Shown here piece by piece: positions 8,706 through 20,100 of a stretch of 64,000 nt of DNA (position 1 is the first letter of the stretch; every line of letters begins with the position of its first letter). Origin of the DNA: an uncultured Gammaproteobacteria bacterium (GTDB lineage: Bacteria > Pseudomonadota > Gammaproteobacteria > SZUA-140); assembly GCA_947258425.1 (NCBI GenBank), contig CAMYIG010000049.1, forward strand, positions 640 through 64,639, read 5' to 3'. Both the position numbers and the translations under genes were made by a program. The notes below the pieces were generated by a model, which saw only the letters and a list, made by a program, of their open reading frames with translations, was not told where the DNA came from and did not search any database.

Positions 8706-10401
8706 TTACACCTCGGCGAGGTTGCCCTTACTCTCCAGCCAACCACGTCGATCAGCCGCGCGTTTCTTAGCCAGCAGCATGTCCATCATTTGATAGGTAT
8801 CGTCACCGCTATCGAGTACCAGCTGCACCAGGCGACGGGTGTCGGGGTCAATCGTGGTTTCGCGTAGTTGCAGCGGGTTCATCTCACCCAGCCCTTTAAA
8901 GCGCTGCACATTGATCTTACCTTTCAGTTTTTCAGCTTCAATGCGGCTCAACACACCGCGCTGTTCGTCATCATCGAGCGCATAAAAGACATGCTTGCCG
9001 ACATCAATACGATAGAGTGGTGGCATCGCGACATACACATGCCCCGCTTCGACCAATGGACGAAAGTGCCTTAAAAACAGGGCGCAAAGGAGTGTCGCAA
9101 TGTGAAGTCCATCGGAATCGGCATCGGCGAGGATACAGACTTTACCGTAACGCAGCCCTTTGAGGTCATCGGAGCCGGGCTCGACACCAATCGCGACCGA
9201 GACATCGTGCACTTCCTGTGAACCCAGTACTTCTTGCGAGTCGACCTCCCAGGTATTGAGGATCTTGCCGCGCAACGGCATGATCGCCTGAAAGCTACGA
9301 TCACGCGCCTGCTTGGCTGTGTTGGTTGAGCCACAGACTAAACGAATCTTTCACTACCCCGGAGACAAACGCGGCGCACTCACGCGACGACAGTCGCTCT
9401 TTGGTCTGACCACTAAACTGTGGGTCTTCAAGTTTCACCGACAGTACATAGGCGCAACGTTCCCACACATCGTCCGGTGCGATCTTCACCCCGCGTGGCA
9501 ACAGATTTCGATACTCGCAAAACTCACGGATCGCATCGGTCAAGCCAGTGCGCAGACCATTCACATGGGTACCGCCCTGCCCGGTGGGAATCAGGTTGAC
9601 GTAACTCTCTGTCACCAGCTCCCCCCCTTCTGGCAACCACACCACCGCCCAGTCGGCGGCTTCGCGTTCTGAGGCGATGCTGCCGATCAACAACTCATCC
9701 GGCAGTAATGTGTAGCCTTTTACTGCGTCATTCAGATAGTCACGCAGGCCATCTTCAAAATACCACTCTTCACGGGTATCGGACTTTTCATCATAAAAGG
9801 CCACATGCAGGCCGGGGCACAACACCGCCTTGGCGCGCAGTACATGACGCAAACGTGAGACCGACATCTTTGCTGAATCGAAATACTTGCCCTCAGGCCA
9901 GAAACGGATCGCGGTGCCGCTGTTCTTTTTACCCACCGTACCGATCGTCTTCAGGTTTTCGACCTTATCGCCATGCTCAAAGGCCATCGAATATTCGCTG
10001 CCATCCCGCTTGATCTTCACTTCCAGTCGTTTCGAAAGCGCATTCACCACCGAGACGCCGACGCCATGCAGACCGCCGGAAAACTGATAATTCTTATTAG
10101 AGAATTTGCCGCCCGCATGCAATTTGGTGAGGATCACTTCAACCCCGGGCACCTTCTCTACCGGGTGCTTATCAACCGGCATGCCGCGGCCGTCATCCTC
10201 GACCTCCAGTGAGCCGTCTTTATAGAGTGTCACCGAAATTGTTTTTGCATGCCCTGCGACCGCCTCATCGACACTGTTATCGATCACCTCCTGCGCCAGA
10301 TGGTTGGGGCGCGTGGTGTCGGTGTACATGCCAGGGCGTTTGCGTACCGGTTCCAGTCCGGTTAATACCTCAATCGATGAGGCATCGTAATCTCTACTCA
10401 T
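8706..10401 (-). pseudogene. parE: DNA topoisomerase IV subunit B, interrupted by an internal ~165-nt deletion plus frameshift near 9320
   Basis: The N-terminal ORF 9301..10401 matches ParE up to ...VVKDSFSLWLNQ. The C-terminal ORF 8706..9281, with its open frame extended upstream, reads ...AKQARDRSFQAIMPLRGKILNTWEV.... The ~55 residues that normally separate these segments, including the Toprim EGDSA motif, are absent, and the two halves lie in different frames. Confidence 0.85.
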
Positions 10402-10544
10402 GGATGTTCCTGTTCTCTTCTGTCGCTGCGGGTGACTGATGGTTGCTGGTAACGGACGATGGAGCGGCCAACGGGCATGGAGTCTAGCACCAAGGCGGCG
10501 TCGAATACAAAGCAGCGTGTCAGACGCTCATCTGCTCGCCCATT

Positions 10545-10895
10545 ATGTCGGCCGCTGCTTTTTATAGTAGAATCCTGCCCAATCTAAGAACCCTGAGCCA
10601 TGGAAGCAGTACGGAGCCCATTTTGGTCAAAAAAAAACGCAGTAAAAAAGATCTCCCAGCCGATTTTGAAGGCGCCCTTGAGGCACTCGAAACGCTGGTG
10701 GAGCAGATGGAAGCGGGCGAAATTACGCTGGAAGAATCGCTGGAGCACTTTGAGCGCGGTATTCTGCTCACCCGCACCTGTCAGGAGGCGCTGAAAGCCG
10801 CCGAACAGAAAGTTGAAATTCTGATGAAAAACAGTCCTGATGCGAGTACACAGCCCTTTGCCAGTACTCATCCCACAGATAACGACCGTGACTAA
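10545..10895 (+). CDS. xseB: Exodeoxyribonuclease VII small subunit
   Basis: ...FEGALEALETLVEQMEAGEITLEESLEHFERGILLTRTCQEALKAAEQKVEIL is an XseB signature. The true start is probably internal (TTG/GTG near 10620), giving a protein of ~85-90 aa. Confidence 0.8.
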   Translation: MSAAAFYSRILPNLRTLSHGSSTEPILVKKKRSKKDLPADFEGALEALETLVEQMEAGEITLEESLEHFERGILLTRTCQEALKAAEQKVEILMKNSPDASTQPFASTHPTDNDRD

Positions 10896-10920
10896 CAATA
10901 GCGCCGCATTCAAAGCACTG

Positions 10921-11799
10921 ATGTTGCAGTGCAAGGCACGCGTGCAGGCGGCACTCGACCAGTGGCTGCCCGCCGCCGAGCGTAAACCGGAGACACTGCA
11001 CGAAGCGATGCGCTACTCTGCACTCGCCGGTGGTAAGTATGTGCGCCCGCTACTGGTCTACTCGACGGGCCAGGCGCTTGGCGTCAGCCCAACGGCGCTT
11101 GACGGCCCCGCCTGTGCGATTGAACTGATCCATAGCTATTCACTGGTACACGACGACCTGCCCGCGATGGACGATGACGATCTGCGCCGCGGCAAACCGA
11201 CCTGTCACAAGGCCTTTGACGAGGCGACGGCAATCCTCACCGGCGATGCACTACAGACGCTGGCGTTTCACATCCTCACGACCGACCCGTCCATATCTGT
11301 ACCCGCCACACAGCGGCTGCGCATGATTGAAACCCTGTCGTCTGCAAGCGGCTCACTCGGCATGGCCGGTGGCCAGGCGATCGACCTTGAAGCGGATGGC
11401 AAGGGCAACAGTATGTCGCTCGCGGCGCTCGAATACATGCACGCACAGAAAACCGGTGCGCTCATCTGTGCCAGTGTGCGGCTCGGCGCCCTCAGCCACG
11501 CAGATGTCGATGAAGCGACGCTTGCACACCTCGCACAATATGCCGCCAATATCGGGCTCGCCTTCCAGATTCGTGACGACATCCTCGATATCGAGGCCTC
11601 TACCGACACACTGGGGAAAAGCCAGGGGGCGGATATCGCCAGAAACAAACCGACTTATCCTGCCCTGCTGGGCATGGACGGCGCAAAACAGAAGGCACAA
11701 CAGCTGCACGAAGCGGCGCTTGAAAACCTTGCAACACTGGGCAGTGAAGGTGATCCCCTGCGCTGGATCTCAGAATATATCGTGCAGCGGCCCAACTAA
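10921..11799 (+). CDS. ispA: (2E,6E)-farnesyl diphosphate synthase
   Basis: LIHSYSLVHDDLPAMDDDDLRRGKPTCHK is a FARM motif, and a second Asp-rich motif reads FQIRDDILD. The start is taken as the ATG at 10921 (MLQCKAR), after the xseB stop. Confidence 0.9.
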   Translation: MLQCKARVQAALDQWLPAAERKPETLHEAMRYSALAGGKYVRPLLVYSTGQALGVSPTALDGPACAIELIHSYSLVHDDLPAMDDDDLRRGKPTCHKAFDEATAILTGDALQTLAFHILTTDPSISVPATQRLRMIETLSSASGSLGMAGGQAIDLEADGKGNSMSLAALEYMHAQKTGALICASVRLGALSHADVDEATLAHLAQYAANIGLAFQIRDDILDIEASTDTLGKSQGADIARNKPTYPALLGMDGAKQKAQQLHEAALENLATLGSEGDPLRWISEYIVQRPN

Positions 11800-11907
11800 T
11801 CTCCTTTAACTAACACTCGTTGCAAAAGGTATCGCGCGGCCACCAGAAGCAGCAAAATCTATGATATATTGGGCGATTGCGTATAAAAACCAGCCGATTA
11901 GAGCTCA

Positions 11908-13818
11908 ATGACTACCACTGAAAACCGCTACCCGCTGCTGCATAAGATTGACTCACCCGCCGATCTGCGCCAGCTATCCGCTGGCGAACTGGAACCGCTG
12001 GCACGCGAGCTGCGCAATTTTCTGATTCAGTCGGTCTCGCAGACCGGTGGGCATCTCTCATCCAGCCTCGGCACCATTGAGCTGACCATCGCGCTGCACT
12101 ACATCTACAACACCCCGGATGATCGTCTAGTGTGGGATGTGGGCCATCAGGCCTATCCCCACAAGATCCTCACCGGACGCCGCGAACGCATGAGCACACT
12201 GCGTAAAAAAGATGGCCTGAGCGGGTTTATCAAACGCAAAGAGAGTGACTATGACACCTTCGGTGTCGGCCACTCCAGCACCTCCATCAGTGCCGCACTC
12301 GGCATGGCGATCGCCGCCGAAAAAACCGGCAGTTCACGCAAGGCGGTGGCGATTATTGGCGATGGAGCGATGACCGCCGGCATGGCCTTTGAGGCGCTAA
12401 ACCACGCCGGCCATCTCAATAATGATCTGCTGGTGATTCTCAACGATAACGAGATGTCGATCTCGCCCAACGTCGGCGGCATGTCGAACTACCTCGCCAA
12501 ACTGCTCTCCGGCAAGCTCTACACTTCGGTGCGCGAAAGTGGCAAAAAGGTGCTGAGTGCCGTCCCACCGATGCGTGAACTGGCACGCCGCGCCGAAGAG
12601 CATATGAAAGGGATGGTCATCCCCGGCACGCTGTTCGAGGAACTCGGTTTTAACTACTACGGCCCAGTGGATGGTCATGACATTCCCACGCTCATCACCA
12701 CGCTGCGCAATCTACGCAGTCACAAAGGGCCGCAGTTTCTGCATGTTGTGACAAAAAAGGGGCGCGGTTACCAACCTGCGGAAGAGAACCCCTGCACCTA
12801 TCACGGCGTGACCCCCTTTGATCCCGACAACGGCAAGATGCATGCAGCCAACACCGCCAGTAGCACGCCAACTTATACGCAGGTGTTTGGCGACTGGTTG
12901 TGCGACATGGCCAAACAGGAGCCAACGCTGGTCGCCATTACCCCCGCGATGTGTGAAGGCTCTGGCATGGTGAAGTTTTCGCGCCAGTTCGCCAATCGTT
13001 TTTATGATGTCGGGATTGCGGAACAGCACGCCGTCACCCTCGCCGCCGGACTTGCCTGTGATGGCATCAAACCGGTGGTGGCAATCTACTCTACCTTCCT
13101 GCAACGCGCCTATGACCAGTTGATTCACGATGTTGCGATTCAGAATTTGCCGGTCGTTTTTGCGATCGACCGCGCCGGACTGGTCGGTGCGGACGGCCCG
13201 ACCCACGCGGGCAGCTTCGACCTCAGTTACCTGCGTTGCATCCCCAACATGGTGGTCATGGCGCCCAGCAACGAAAATGAGTGCCGCCAGATGCTCTACA
13301 CCGCCACGCACCTGAATGGCCCAAGCGCCGTGCGTTATCCGCGTGGGCGCGGCCCCGGCGTAGCAGTTGAACAGACCATGCAAGCGATTGAGCTCGGCAA
13401 GGGCGTGGTACTCAAACAAGGTCAATCTGTCGCGATCCTCGCCTTTGGCAGCCGTGTTCAGGTAGCTGTGGCGGCCGCAAACGAACTCAATGCGACGGTG
13501 GTCGACATGCGCTTTGTTAAACCCATCGATGAGGCGCTCATCCTCGAATTGTCGAATAACCATGATTTACTCGTGACTATTGAAGAAAATGTCATCATGG
13601 GGGGCGCCGGGAGTGCCGTGAATGAAGTGCTTGCTGCGCAAAACGTGGTGCTCCCCGTGATCAATATGGGCCTGCCAGACGAATATTGCGAACAGGGTGA
13701 CCACGAGTCACTGCTTGAAGGTTACGGCCTCAGCAAAGCAGGCATCATAAAACAGGTAAATGACTTTCATCAACAGACCGCATGCCATACAATAGGCGCT
13801 CGCACTAATTCCCACTAA
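11908..13818 (+). CDS. dxs: 1-deoxy-D-xylulose-5-phosphate synthase
   Basis: 636 aa. Contains the TPP-binding motif [18 protein letters not shown] and sits in the classic xseB-ispA-dxs operon. Confidence 0.95.
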   Translation: MTTTENRYPLLHKIDSPADLRQLSAGELEPLARELRNFLIQSVSQTGGHLSSSLGTIELTIALHYIYNTPDDRLVWDVGHQAYPHKILTGRRERMSTLRKKDGLSGFIKRKESDYDTFGVGHSSTSISAALGMAIAAEKTGSSRKAVAIIGDGAMTAGMAFEALNHAGHLNNDLLVILNDNEMSISPNVGGMSNYLAKLLSGKLYTSVRESGKKVLSAVPPMRELARRAEEHMKGMVIPGTLFEELGFNYYGPVDGHDIPTLITTLRNLRSHKGPQFLHVVTKKGRGYQPAEENPCTYHGVTPFDPDNGKMHAANTASSTPTYTQVFGDWLCDMAKQEPTLVAITPAMCEGSGMVKFSRQFANRFYDVGIAEQHAVTLAAGLACDGIKPVVAIYSTFLQRAYDQLIHDVAIQNLPVVFAIDRAGLVGADGPTHAGSFDLSYLRCIPNMVVMAPSNENECRQMLYTATHLNGPSAVRYPRGRGPGVAVEQTMQAIELGKGVVLKQGQSVAILAFGSRVQVAVAAANELNATVVDMRFVKPIDEALILELSNNHDLLVTIEENVIMGGAGSAVNEVLAAQNVVLPVINMGLPDEYCEQGDHESLLEGYGLSKAGIIKQVNDFHQQTACHTIGARTNSH

Positions 13819-13837
13819 TCCAGTCAAGATCATTGCT

Positions 13838-14218
13838 ATGCCCCCTCGTTACACACTCAAGATCGTCACCGACTTTGCAGCCGCACACTCACTGCGCGAC
13901 TACCCCGGCGACTGCTCGCGCCTACACGGCCATAACTGGAAGGTGGAAGCCGAAGTCGTCGCCACTGAACTGAATAAAGTCGGCATGGGGATTGACTTTA
14001 AGGCGATCAAAATAGAAACGAAACTACTGATAGATCAACTCGATCATCGCTATCTCAACGAGATCCCACCGTTCGATGAGATCAACCCGACCGCCGAAAA
14101 CATTGCGGCGTACCTCTATCAGGGCCTGTCAAAAAAACTTAATGGCAACACGCTACGGGTAAATGCCATCACACTGTGGGAAACCGAGCGCGCCTGTGTG
14201 CGCTACTCAGAGGAATAA
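13838..14218 (+). CDS. queD: 6-carboxy-5,6,7,8-tetrahydropterin synthase
   Basis: 126 aa with a CxxxHGH motif (...[12 protein letters not shown]). Confidence 0.8.
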   Translation: MPPRYTLKIVTDFAAAHSLRDYPGDCSRLHGHNWKVEAEVVATELNKVGMGIDFKAIKIETKLLIDQLDHRYLNEIPPFDEINPTAENIAAYLYQGLSKKLNGNTLRVNAITLWETERACVRYSEE

Positions 14219-14223
14219 GCGTT

Positions 14224-15015
14224 ATGAACGAAACAAATACACAGATCGCAGACGTACAGAATGATCCGGACAATCGCCAGATACCGATCAACAAAGTCGG
14301 TATCAAAGATATCCGCCATCCAGTGCGCGTCAAAGACCGTAGCGAAGGCGAGCAGCACACCATCGCCAACTTTAATATGTATGTCGACCTGCCTCATAAT
14401 TTTAAGGGAACACACATGTCGCGTTTTGTGAAGCTGTTGAATTCTCATGAACGCGAGATCAGTGTCGAATCATTTGAAGAGATTCTGGCTGATATGGCCA
14501 AGTTACTGGATGCTGAATCTGGCCATATTGAAATGAGCTTCCCCTATTTCATCAACAAAGCAGCCCCTGTTAGCAAAGTCGAGAGCCTGCTTGATTATGA
14601 TGTGACACTGATTGGCGAAATCACCGGCGGGAAAAGCAATATCACCATCAAAGTGGTAGTGCCTGTCACCAGCCTTTGCCCCTGCTCTAAACAGATCTCC
14701 GACTACGGCGCACACAACCAGCGCTCTCATGTCACGGTGACGGCACGCACCGAAGGCTTTGTCTGGATTGAAGACCTGATCGATATCATCGAACAAGAGG
14801 CATCATGCGAAATCTTTGGCCTGCTGAAACGACCTGATGAGAAGTATGTGACCGAACGTGCCTACGATAATCCCAAGTTCGTTGAAGATATGGTGCGCGA
14901 TGTTGCAGCACGCCTCAATGCCGATGATCGGATCACCGCCTATACGCTGGAATCAGAAAACTTTGAATCGATTCACAATCACTCGGCCTACGCGTTAATT
15001 GAAAAAATAAAATAG
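14224..15015 (+). CDS. folE2: GTP cyclohydrolase FolE2 (GTP cyclohydrolase I type 2)
   Basis: DUF198/FolE2 signature (...[18 protein letters not shown]...). The start is taken as the ATG at 14224 (MNETNTQ), after the queD stop. Confidence 0.85.
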   Translation: MNETNTQIADVQNDPDNRQIPINKVGIKDIRHPVRVKDRSEGEQHTIANFNMYVDLPHNFKGTHMSRFVKLLNSHEREISVESFEEILADMAKLLDAESGHIEMSFPYFINKAAPVSKVESLLDYDVTLIGEITGGKSNITIKVVVPVTSLCPCSKQISDYGAHNQRSHVTVTARTEGFVWIEDLIDIIEQEASCEIFGLLKRPDEKYVTERAYDNPKFVEDMVRDVAARLNADDRITAYTLESENFESIHNHSAYALIEKIK

Positions 15016-15093
15016 CGTAACCATATATATTATTTAAATTACATAGTAACCTCACGGAAGAGACTAAATAATTTTAGTAATGATAGTGCATTA

Positions 15094-17565
15094 ATGATGA
15101 GCTGGTTCAATCGAATAAACAGTTTTATTCGCACCCTCACTGGACGCATGGTGATGGGTGAACTACTTATTCACTCTATATTAGTACCCTTTCTCTTTTT
15201 TGGTATTAATTTCATCGTCAAAGATGGCTACCATTCAAGATTTATCGAACAAGCCCACTCAAAATCAAACCTGCTAGTGACCATCATTACCCATGAGGTG
15301 AGCAATCCACACATACTCGAACTGCTCAACAATGTGGTCAATAGTCATCAGATTATCTCAGCCAAACTCATTTACACCTCCGGCGAAGTAATTCAAAGTC
15401 AAACTAAAGTAGATGACCTAAACCAGCCTTTCATAGAAGATCAGTTCTTCGCTCAGCATAACGATAGTAAATTTCATATCGAGACGCCACTCATCAGCAG
15501 CGGTGGTGAACTCATCGCCACGCTACAAACCAGTTTTGATGAACGCCCCGTCGCCAATCAGATTGAAAAGACATACCAGGTCAGTTTATTACTTGCCTGC
15601 GCCTACATTCTGATTACGCTGGTGCTATCCGGTCTGCTCGGGCAGCAGCTCACACGCCCAATACGAAAATTACGTGACGATGCACGTATTATCGCCTCCG
15701 GCAACACAGATAAACAACTCAATGTCATCTCTTCGATCTCGGAGGTTGCTAGTCTCACTGACAATCTGGAAACGATGAAAAAGGCGCTCATCAAGCATAG
15801 TCAGGCGTCACTCTCTCGCGAGGCACATCTACGCGCAGTGATGGAAAATGTCGTGGATGGCATCATCATTACAAATACGACTGGCATCATTGAGTCACTC
15901 AACCCGGCTGCCATCAACCTCTTTGACTATACAAAAGGTGAGTTGATTGGAGAACATATCAATGTCCTGCTAGATGCCAACGCCCTGCTGAAAATAGCGA
16001 TGATTTCTAATCGATCACAAAATGCCGAAGTAGATCAACATAAACACAAACTTCAGGAGACGCAGGGCTACCGTAAAAGCGGGGCTATTTTTCCTTTAGA
16101 AGTGGCAATTAGTAAGATGATTGTCAACTATCAAACTCACTATATTTATGTCACACATGACATTACAGAAAGAAAGTATGCTAAAAATGAACTAGAACGT
16201 CGCGTCATCATTCGCACCAGCGAACTGGCCGCCGCCAATGAAGAATTAGAATACCAGGCGCTGCATGATTCACTGACCGACCTACCCAATCGCGTCTTAT
16301 TACTAGACCGGATTAATCAGGCCATTCAGACAAACGAACGCAATAATCATAAGCTGGCCCTTTTTATGATTGACCTTGATCGCTTCAAAGAGATCAATGA
16401 CACGCTGGGTCACCACTATGGTGACATCATTCTACAGCAGGTCGCCCAGCGCATGCGGGAAGTGCTGCATAAATCAAACACGGTTGCGCGCCTTGGCGGT
16501 GATGAGTTCGCGGTATTACTGCCCTTAATTGAAGATACTGAAATGCCGGCGGCAATCGCGATGGAGGTCATCAACGCTATAGACCAGCCCTACTTGCTGG
16601 AAGAACAGGCCTTTCATGTCGGCGCCAGTATCGGCATCGCCATCTCGCCTGAACACGGCGCCGATGCATCGACACTTATGCGTCATGCCGATATTGCGAT
16701 GTACGCCACTAAAAACAACAACAGTGACTATACGTTTTATCATGCGTCACTGGATCAACACAGCCGTGATCGTCTTGCGCTTACCACGGAACTACGCCAT
16801 GCGATCGATCATGATGAACTGCTGCTGCACTATCAACCAAAGGTCGACTTTAAAACGGGCAACGTTGCAGAAGTTGAGGCGCTTGTGCGCTGGAACCACC
16901 CCCGCTTCGGCACGATGAGCCCCGATCATTTTATTCCACTGTCCGAACATACAGGGCTCATCAGACCCCTCACCTTATGGGTCATCACTGAAGCGTTAAA
17001 GACCTGTCGAGAATGGCACGATAGCGGGCATAAACTCAAAATCGCCATCAATCTATCCACTCACAACCTGCATGATCCACACTTGCGCAGCCATATAGAG
17101 GAGAGTTGTAAAACGTATCAACTTGACCCGGCATACCTGGTACTTGAAATCACCGAAAGCGCCGTGATGTCTGACCCGATTAGTGCAATGAAAATTTTAA
17201 ATGAGTTATCAACAATGGGGATCAATCTGTCAATCGATGACTTTGGTACTGGCTATTCTTCACTCGCCTATCTAAAACAGCTTCCGATGGATGAGATCAA
17301 GATCGATAAATCCTTCGTCATTGATATGATTACGGATAACGATGATCTCACCATCGTACGTGCCACGATCGACCTTGCCCATAACATGGGCAGAAAAGTG
17401 ATCGCAGAAGGGGTTGAGTCGCTTCAAATATGGGAGATGCTCAACAAGATGGGCTGCGATATGGCGCAGGGCAACTATATTTGTGAACCACTCTCAGCGG
17501 ATGAATTCTATCAATGGCTACAGGATTCACCATTAAACCTGCCACTATTAAGCTCCCAGAATTAA
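15094..17565 (+). CDS. Membrane sensor with HAMP-PAS-GGDEF-EAL domains (c-di-GMP cyclase/phosphodiesterase)
   Basis: 823 aa with two TM helices flanking a periplasmic domain. Contains the GGDEF motif RLGGDEFAV and the EAL motif EALVRW. Confidence 0.85.
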   Translation: MMSWFNRINSFIRTLTGRMVMGELLIHSILVPFLFFGINFIVKDGYHSRFIEQAHSKSNLLVTIITHEVSNPHILELLNNVVNSHQIISAKLIYTSGEVIQSQTKVDDLNQPFIEDQFFAQHNDSKFHIETPLISSGGELIATLQTSFDERPVANQIEKTYQVSLLLACAYILITLVLSGLLGQQLTRPIRKLRDDARIIASGNTDKQLNVISSISEVASLTDNLETMKKALIKHSQASLSREAHLRAVMENVVDGIIITNTTGIIESLNPAAINLFDYTKGELIGEHINVLLDANALLKIAMISNRSQNAEVDQHKHKLQETQGYRKSGAIFPLEVAISKMIVNYQTHYIYVTHDITERKYAKNELERRVIIRTSELAAANEELEYQALHDSLTDLPNRVLLLDRINQAIQTNERNNHKLALFMIDLDRFKEINDTLGHHYGDIILQQVAQRMREVLHKSNTVARLGGDEFAVLLPLIEDTEMPAAIAMEVINAIDQPYLLEEQAFHVGASIGIAISPEHGADASTLMRHADIAMYATKNNNSDYTFYHASLDQHSRDRLALTTELRHAIDHDELLLHYQPKVDFKTGNVAEVEALVRWNHPRFGTMSPDHFIPLSEHTGLIRPLTLWVITEALKTCREWHDSGHKLKIAINLSTHNLHDPHLRSHIEESCKTYQLDPAYLVLEITESAVMSDPISAMKILNELSTMGINLSIDDFGTGYSSLAYLKQLPMDEIKIDKSFVIDMITDNDDLTIVRATIDLAHNMGRKVIAEGVESLQIWEMLNKMGCDMAQGNYICEPLSADEFYQWLQDSPLNLPLLSSQN

Positions 17566-18056
17566 GCTGACAGAATTAATATTGCCACCAGCTGCAATAT
17601 CCCCCATGCAAACAGCGCGGCCACAATATCATCCAGCATAATACCGAAGCCACCACCCACCTTGTGGTCAATCCACTTAATCGGCCACGGCTTCCAGATG
17701 TCGAACAGGCGAAACAGACAAAACCCGAGCACAATCCACTGCCACCCAGCGGGGGCCGCCACCATCGTCAACAAATAACCGGCAATTTCATCCCACACAA
17801 TACCGGGATGATCATGAATCCCCAACGTTTTAGCCGTATAGTCACATAGCCAGATACCTGCCAGCGATACCCCCACTGCAATCGCAATGTAATAGAGCAG
17901 CGGCAGCGGCTGTAATAGTAGATAGATTGGTACGGCGACCAATGTGCCCATCGTACCGGGGGCGTATTTAGACAGCCCCGAACCAAAACCGAGTGTCATA
18001 AAATTGACCGGATTTTTCAGGTCTGCAAGTGTTAATCGTCTATTTTTAGTATTCAC
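17562..18056 (-). CDS. pgpA: Phosphatidylglycerophosphatase A
   Basis: 164 aa, PgpA family. Overlaps thiL by 4 nt. Confidence 0.85.
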   Translation of the reverse strand: MNTKNRRLTLADLKNPVNFMTLGFGSGLSKYAPGTMGTLVAVPIYLLLQPLPLLYYIAIAVGVSLAGIWLCDYTAKTLGIHDHPGIVWDEIAGYLLTMVAAPAGWQWIVLGFCLFRLFDIWKPWPIKWIDHKVGGGFGIMLDDIVAALFAWGILQLVAILILSA

Positions 18057-19045
18057 TGAAAATGCTCATAGCCTGATTGTTCACTCTGATATAACTCACC
18101 GTTTTTCTGTACACAGCGCAGGCCGGGGCCACCATCAATCACGCCAATACAGTGTGCCACCAAACCCTGTTGTGATAACCGTTCCTCTACACTGCCCTTT
18201 TGCTCTGGGGCAATGGTAAAACAGAGTTCATAATCATCGCCCGCCGATAGCGGTAACGCTTGCCAGAAAGTATCTGGTTGTTGCGGGACAGTGTCATCAC
18301 TCTGGCATGCACGAAAAGCCGCTGATAATGGCAAAGCTTCCAGTTCAATCAAAGCGCCCACACCACTCGCCGTCAGGATGTGACCGAGATCACTCAACAA
18401 ACCGTCTGAGAGATCAATCGCGGCATTAACCAAACCATTCAGAGCCAGCGCCTCTGTAATTCTTGGCGTCGGCTGTTCAAGGCGCGACAGAAGTTCAGCA
18501 AAGTGAGGTTGAGTAAATGATAATGTCTGCTGCTTTGCCTGCAGCGCAAGACCGGCATCACCCAAGGTGCCTGTCACATAGATCAGATCACCGATCTTAG
18601 CGGTATCGCGCCGCCAGGCCTGCCCCTGTGTGACAAATCCCATCGCCTGCACCGTGATCGAAAGTGGACCGCAGGTCGTATCTCCCCCCACCAGTTGCAC
18701 ACCATATTGTTGCGCTAACCTAGAGAAGCCGCGGCTGAAGCCATCAAGCCACTGCTCATCCACCTGCGGTATTGTTAGCGCAAGGGTGACCCAGGCGGGC
18801 CTGGCGCCCATCGCGGCCATGTCACTGAGATTGACCGCCAGCGTTTTATGGCCCAAAGAAAAAGGATCGACATCAGCAAAGAAATGAATGCCCGCTACCA
18901 ACGTATCAGTGGAAACAACGAGTTCACAATCGTAAGGAGGTGCAAGGATTGCGGCGTCATCGCCCACACCTAATAACACATCAGCACGTTCACTACCGGC
19001 GTTGGTAAAGTAGCGCTCAATCAGTTCGAATTCCATTACGGCCAT
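18053..19045 (-). CDS. thiL: Thiamine-monophosphate kinase
   Basis: AIR-synthase-like fold with a ThiL N-terminus (MEFELIERYF). Confidence 0.9.
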   Translation of the reverse strand: MAVMEFELIERYFTNAGSERADVLLGVGDDAAILAPPYDCELVVSTDTLVAGIHFFADVDPFSLGHKTLAVNLSDMAAMGARPAWVTLALTIPQVDEQWLDGFSRGFSRLAQQYGVQLVGGDTTCGPLSITVQAMGFVTQGQAWRRDTAKIGDLIYVTGTLGDAGLALQAKQQTLSFTQPHFAELLSRLEQPTPRITEALALNGLVNAAIDLSDGLLSDLGHILTASGVGALIELEALPLSAAFRACQSDDTVPQQPDTFWQALPLSAGDDYELCFTIAPEQKGSVEERLSQQGLVAHCIGVIDGGPGLRCVQKNGELYQSEQSGYEHFQ

Positions 19046-19105
19046 GAGAGCAATTCTAGCGTCATTTACGGGTGAGATGAACGTCGTTTTACAACAACGC
19101 GTCCA

Positions 19106-19543
19106 TTACTTTGCAGGTCTTTTCTGTTTACACTCGGCGCTACGCAATGTGGCGGCCAGTTTATCGAGTACACCATTGACATACTTGTGGCCCTGGTCCG
19201 CACCAAAAACCTTGGCTAACTCAACGGCCTCGTTAATCACCACCCGATAAGGCACTTCGAGATTATACTGAAGCTCGTAGACGCCCATACGCATGATCGC
19301 AAGTTCCACGGGATCGAGACTTTCAACAGAACGATCTAGCACCGGCGCTAGCAACGCATCCAACTTATCCACCTGCTTAACGACGCCACTCAACAGGCCG
19401 CGAAAATAACTCGCATCGACCTTTTTGACATCCTTCTCTTCAAGGATCTGCGATGCAACTTCGGCGACATCTGCACCGGTTAATTGCCACTGATACAATG
19501 CCTGCACTGCACAACGGCGCGCCTGACTTCTGGTTCGACTCAT
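19106..19543 (-). CDS. nusB: Transcription antitermination factor NusB
   Basis: 145 aa, beginning ...ARRCAVQALYQW.... Confidence 0.9.
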   Translation of the reverse strand: MSRTRSQARRCAVQALYQWQLTGADVAEVASQILEEKDVKKVDASYFRGLLSGVVKQVDKLDALLAPVLDRSVESLDPVELAIMRMGVYELQYNLEVPYRVVINEAVELAKVFGADQGHKYVNGVLDKLAATLRSAECKQKRPAK

Positions 19544-19574
19544 AATACCTTTTACTAAATAAGCTCTGAAAAAA

Positions 19575-20054
19575 TTACGCGTCTAAAGCGCGCATCAAAG
19601 AGGCCATTTCGATCGCCGTTACGGCTGCCTCGGCACCTTTATTACCCGCCTTGGTGCCAGCACGTTCAATCGCCTGTTCGATAGTATCCACCGTGAGTAC
19701 ACCAAAGGTCACGGGAATATCATATTCCATCGCCACCGCTGAAATACCTTTGGCGCATTCACCTGCGACATATTCAAAATGCGGGGTGCCACCGCGAATC
19801 ACCGCGCCCAGCGTAATCACCGCATCGTAACGTTTACTTGCGGCCATTTTTTTTACCACCGGTGGCAGCTCAAAAGCGCCCGGCACATGCACCACATGGA
19901 TATTATCTTCTGCAACTCCATGTTGTTTAAGCGCGCCAATCGCCCCTTTCAACAGGTGATCAACAATGAAGCTATTAAACTTGGCGGATACGATAACAAA
20001 ACGTGTGTTTGTTACGTTGAAATCACCTTCAAAGGTTTTAATCGTCATATTCAT
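19575..20054 (-). CDS. ribH: 6,7-dimethyl-8-ribityllumazine synthase
   Basis: 159 aa, collinear with E. coli lumazine synthase. Confidence 0.9.
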   Translation of the reverse strand: MNMTIKTFEGDFNVTNTRFVIVSAKFNSFIVDHLLKGAIGALKQHGVAEDNIHVVHVPGAFELPPVVKKMAASKRYDAVITLGAVIRGGTPHFEYVAGECAKGISAVAMEYDIPVTFGVLTVDTIEQAIERAGTKAGNKGAEAAVTAIEMASLMRALDA

Positions 20055-20100
20055 TACTCACAACAAAAAATTATTAATTCGTGAAATTATTCTTTCACCG

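Noticed and set aside
10584-10934. 116-aa minus-strand ORF overlapping xseB
   Set aside because: Antisense to the well-supported xseB/ispA start region and Phe/Leu-rich from an A-rich template. It is spurious.
12712-13563. 283-aa ORF on the minus strand inside dxs
   Set aside because: It lies fully antisense to a conserved, full-length dxs. The H/R/G-rich composition is typical of a GC-rich antisense frame. It is spurious.
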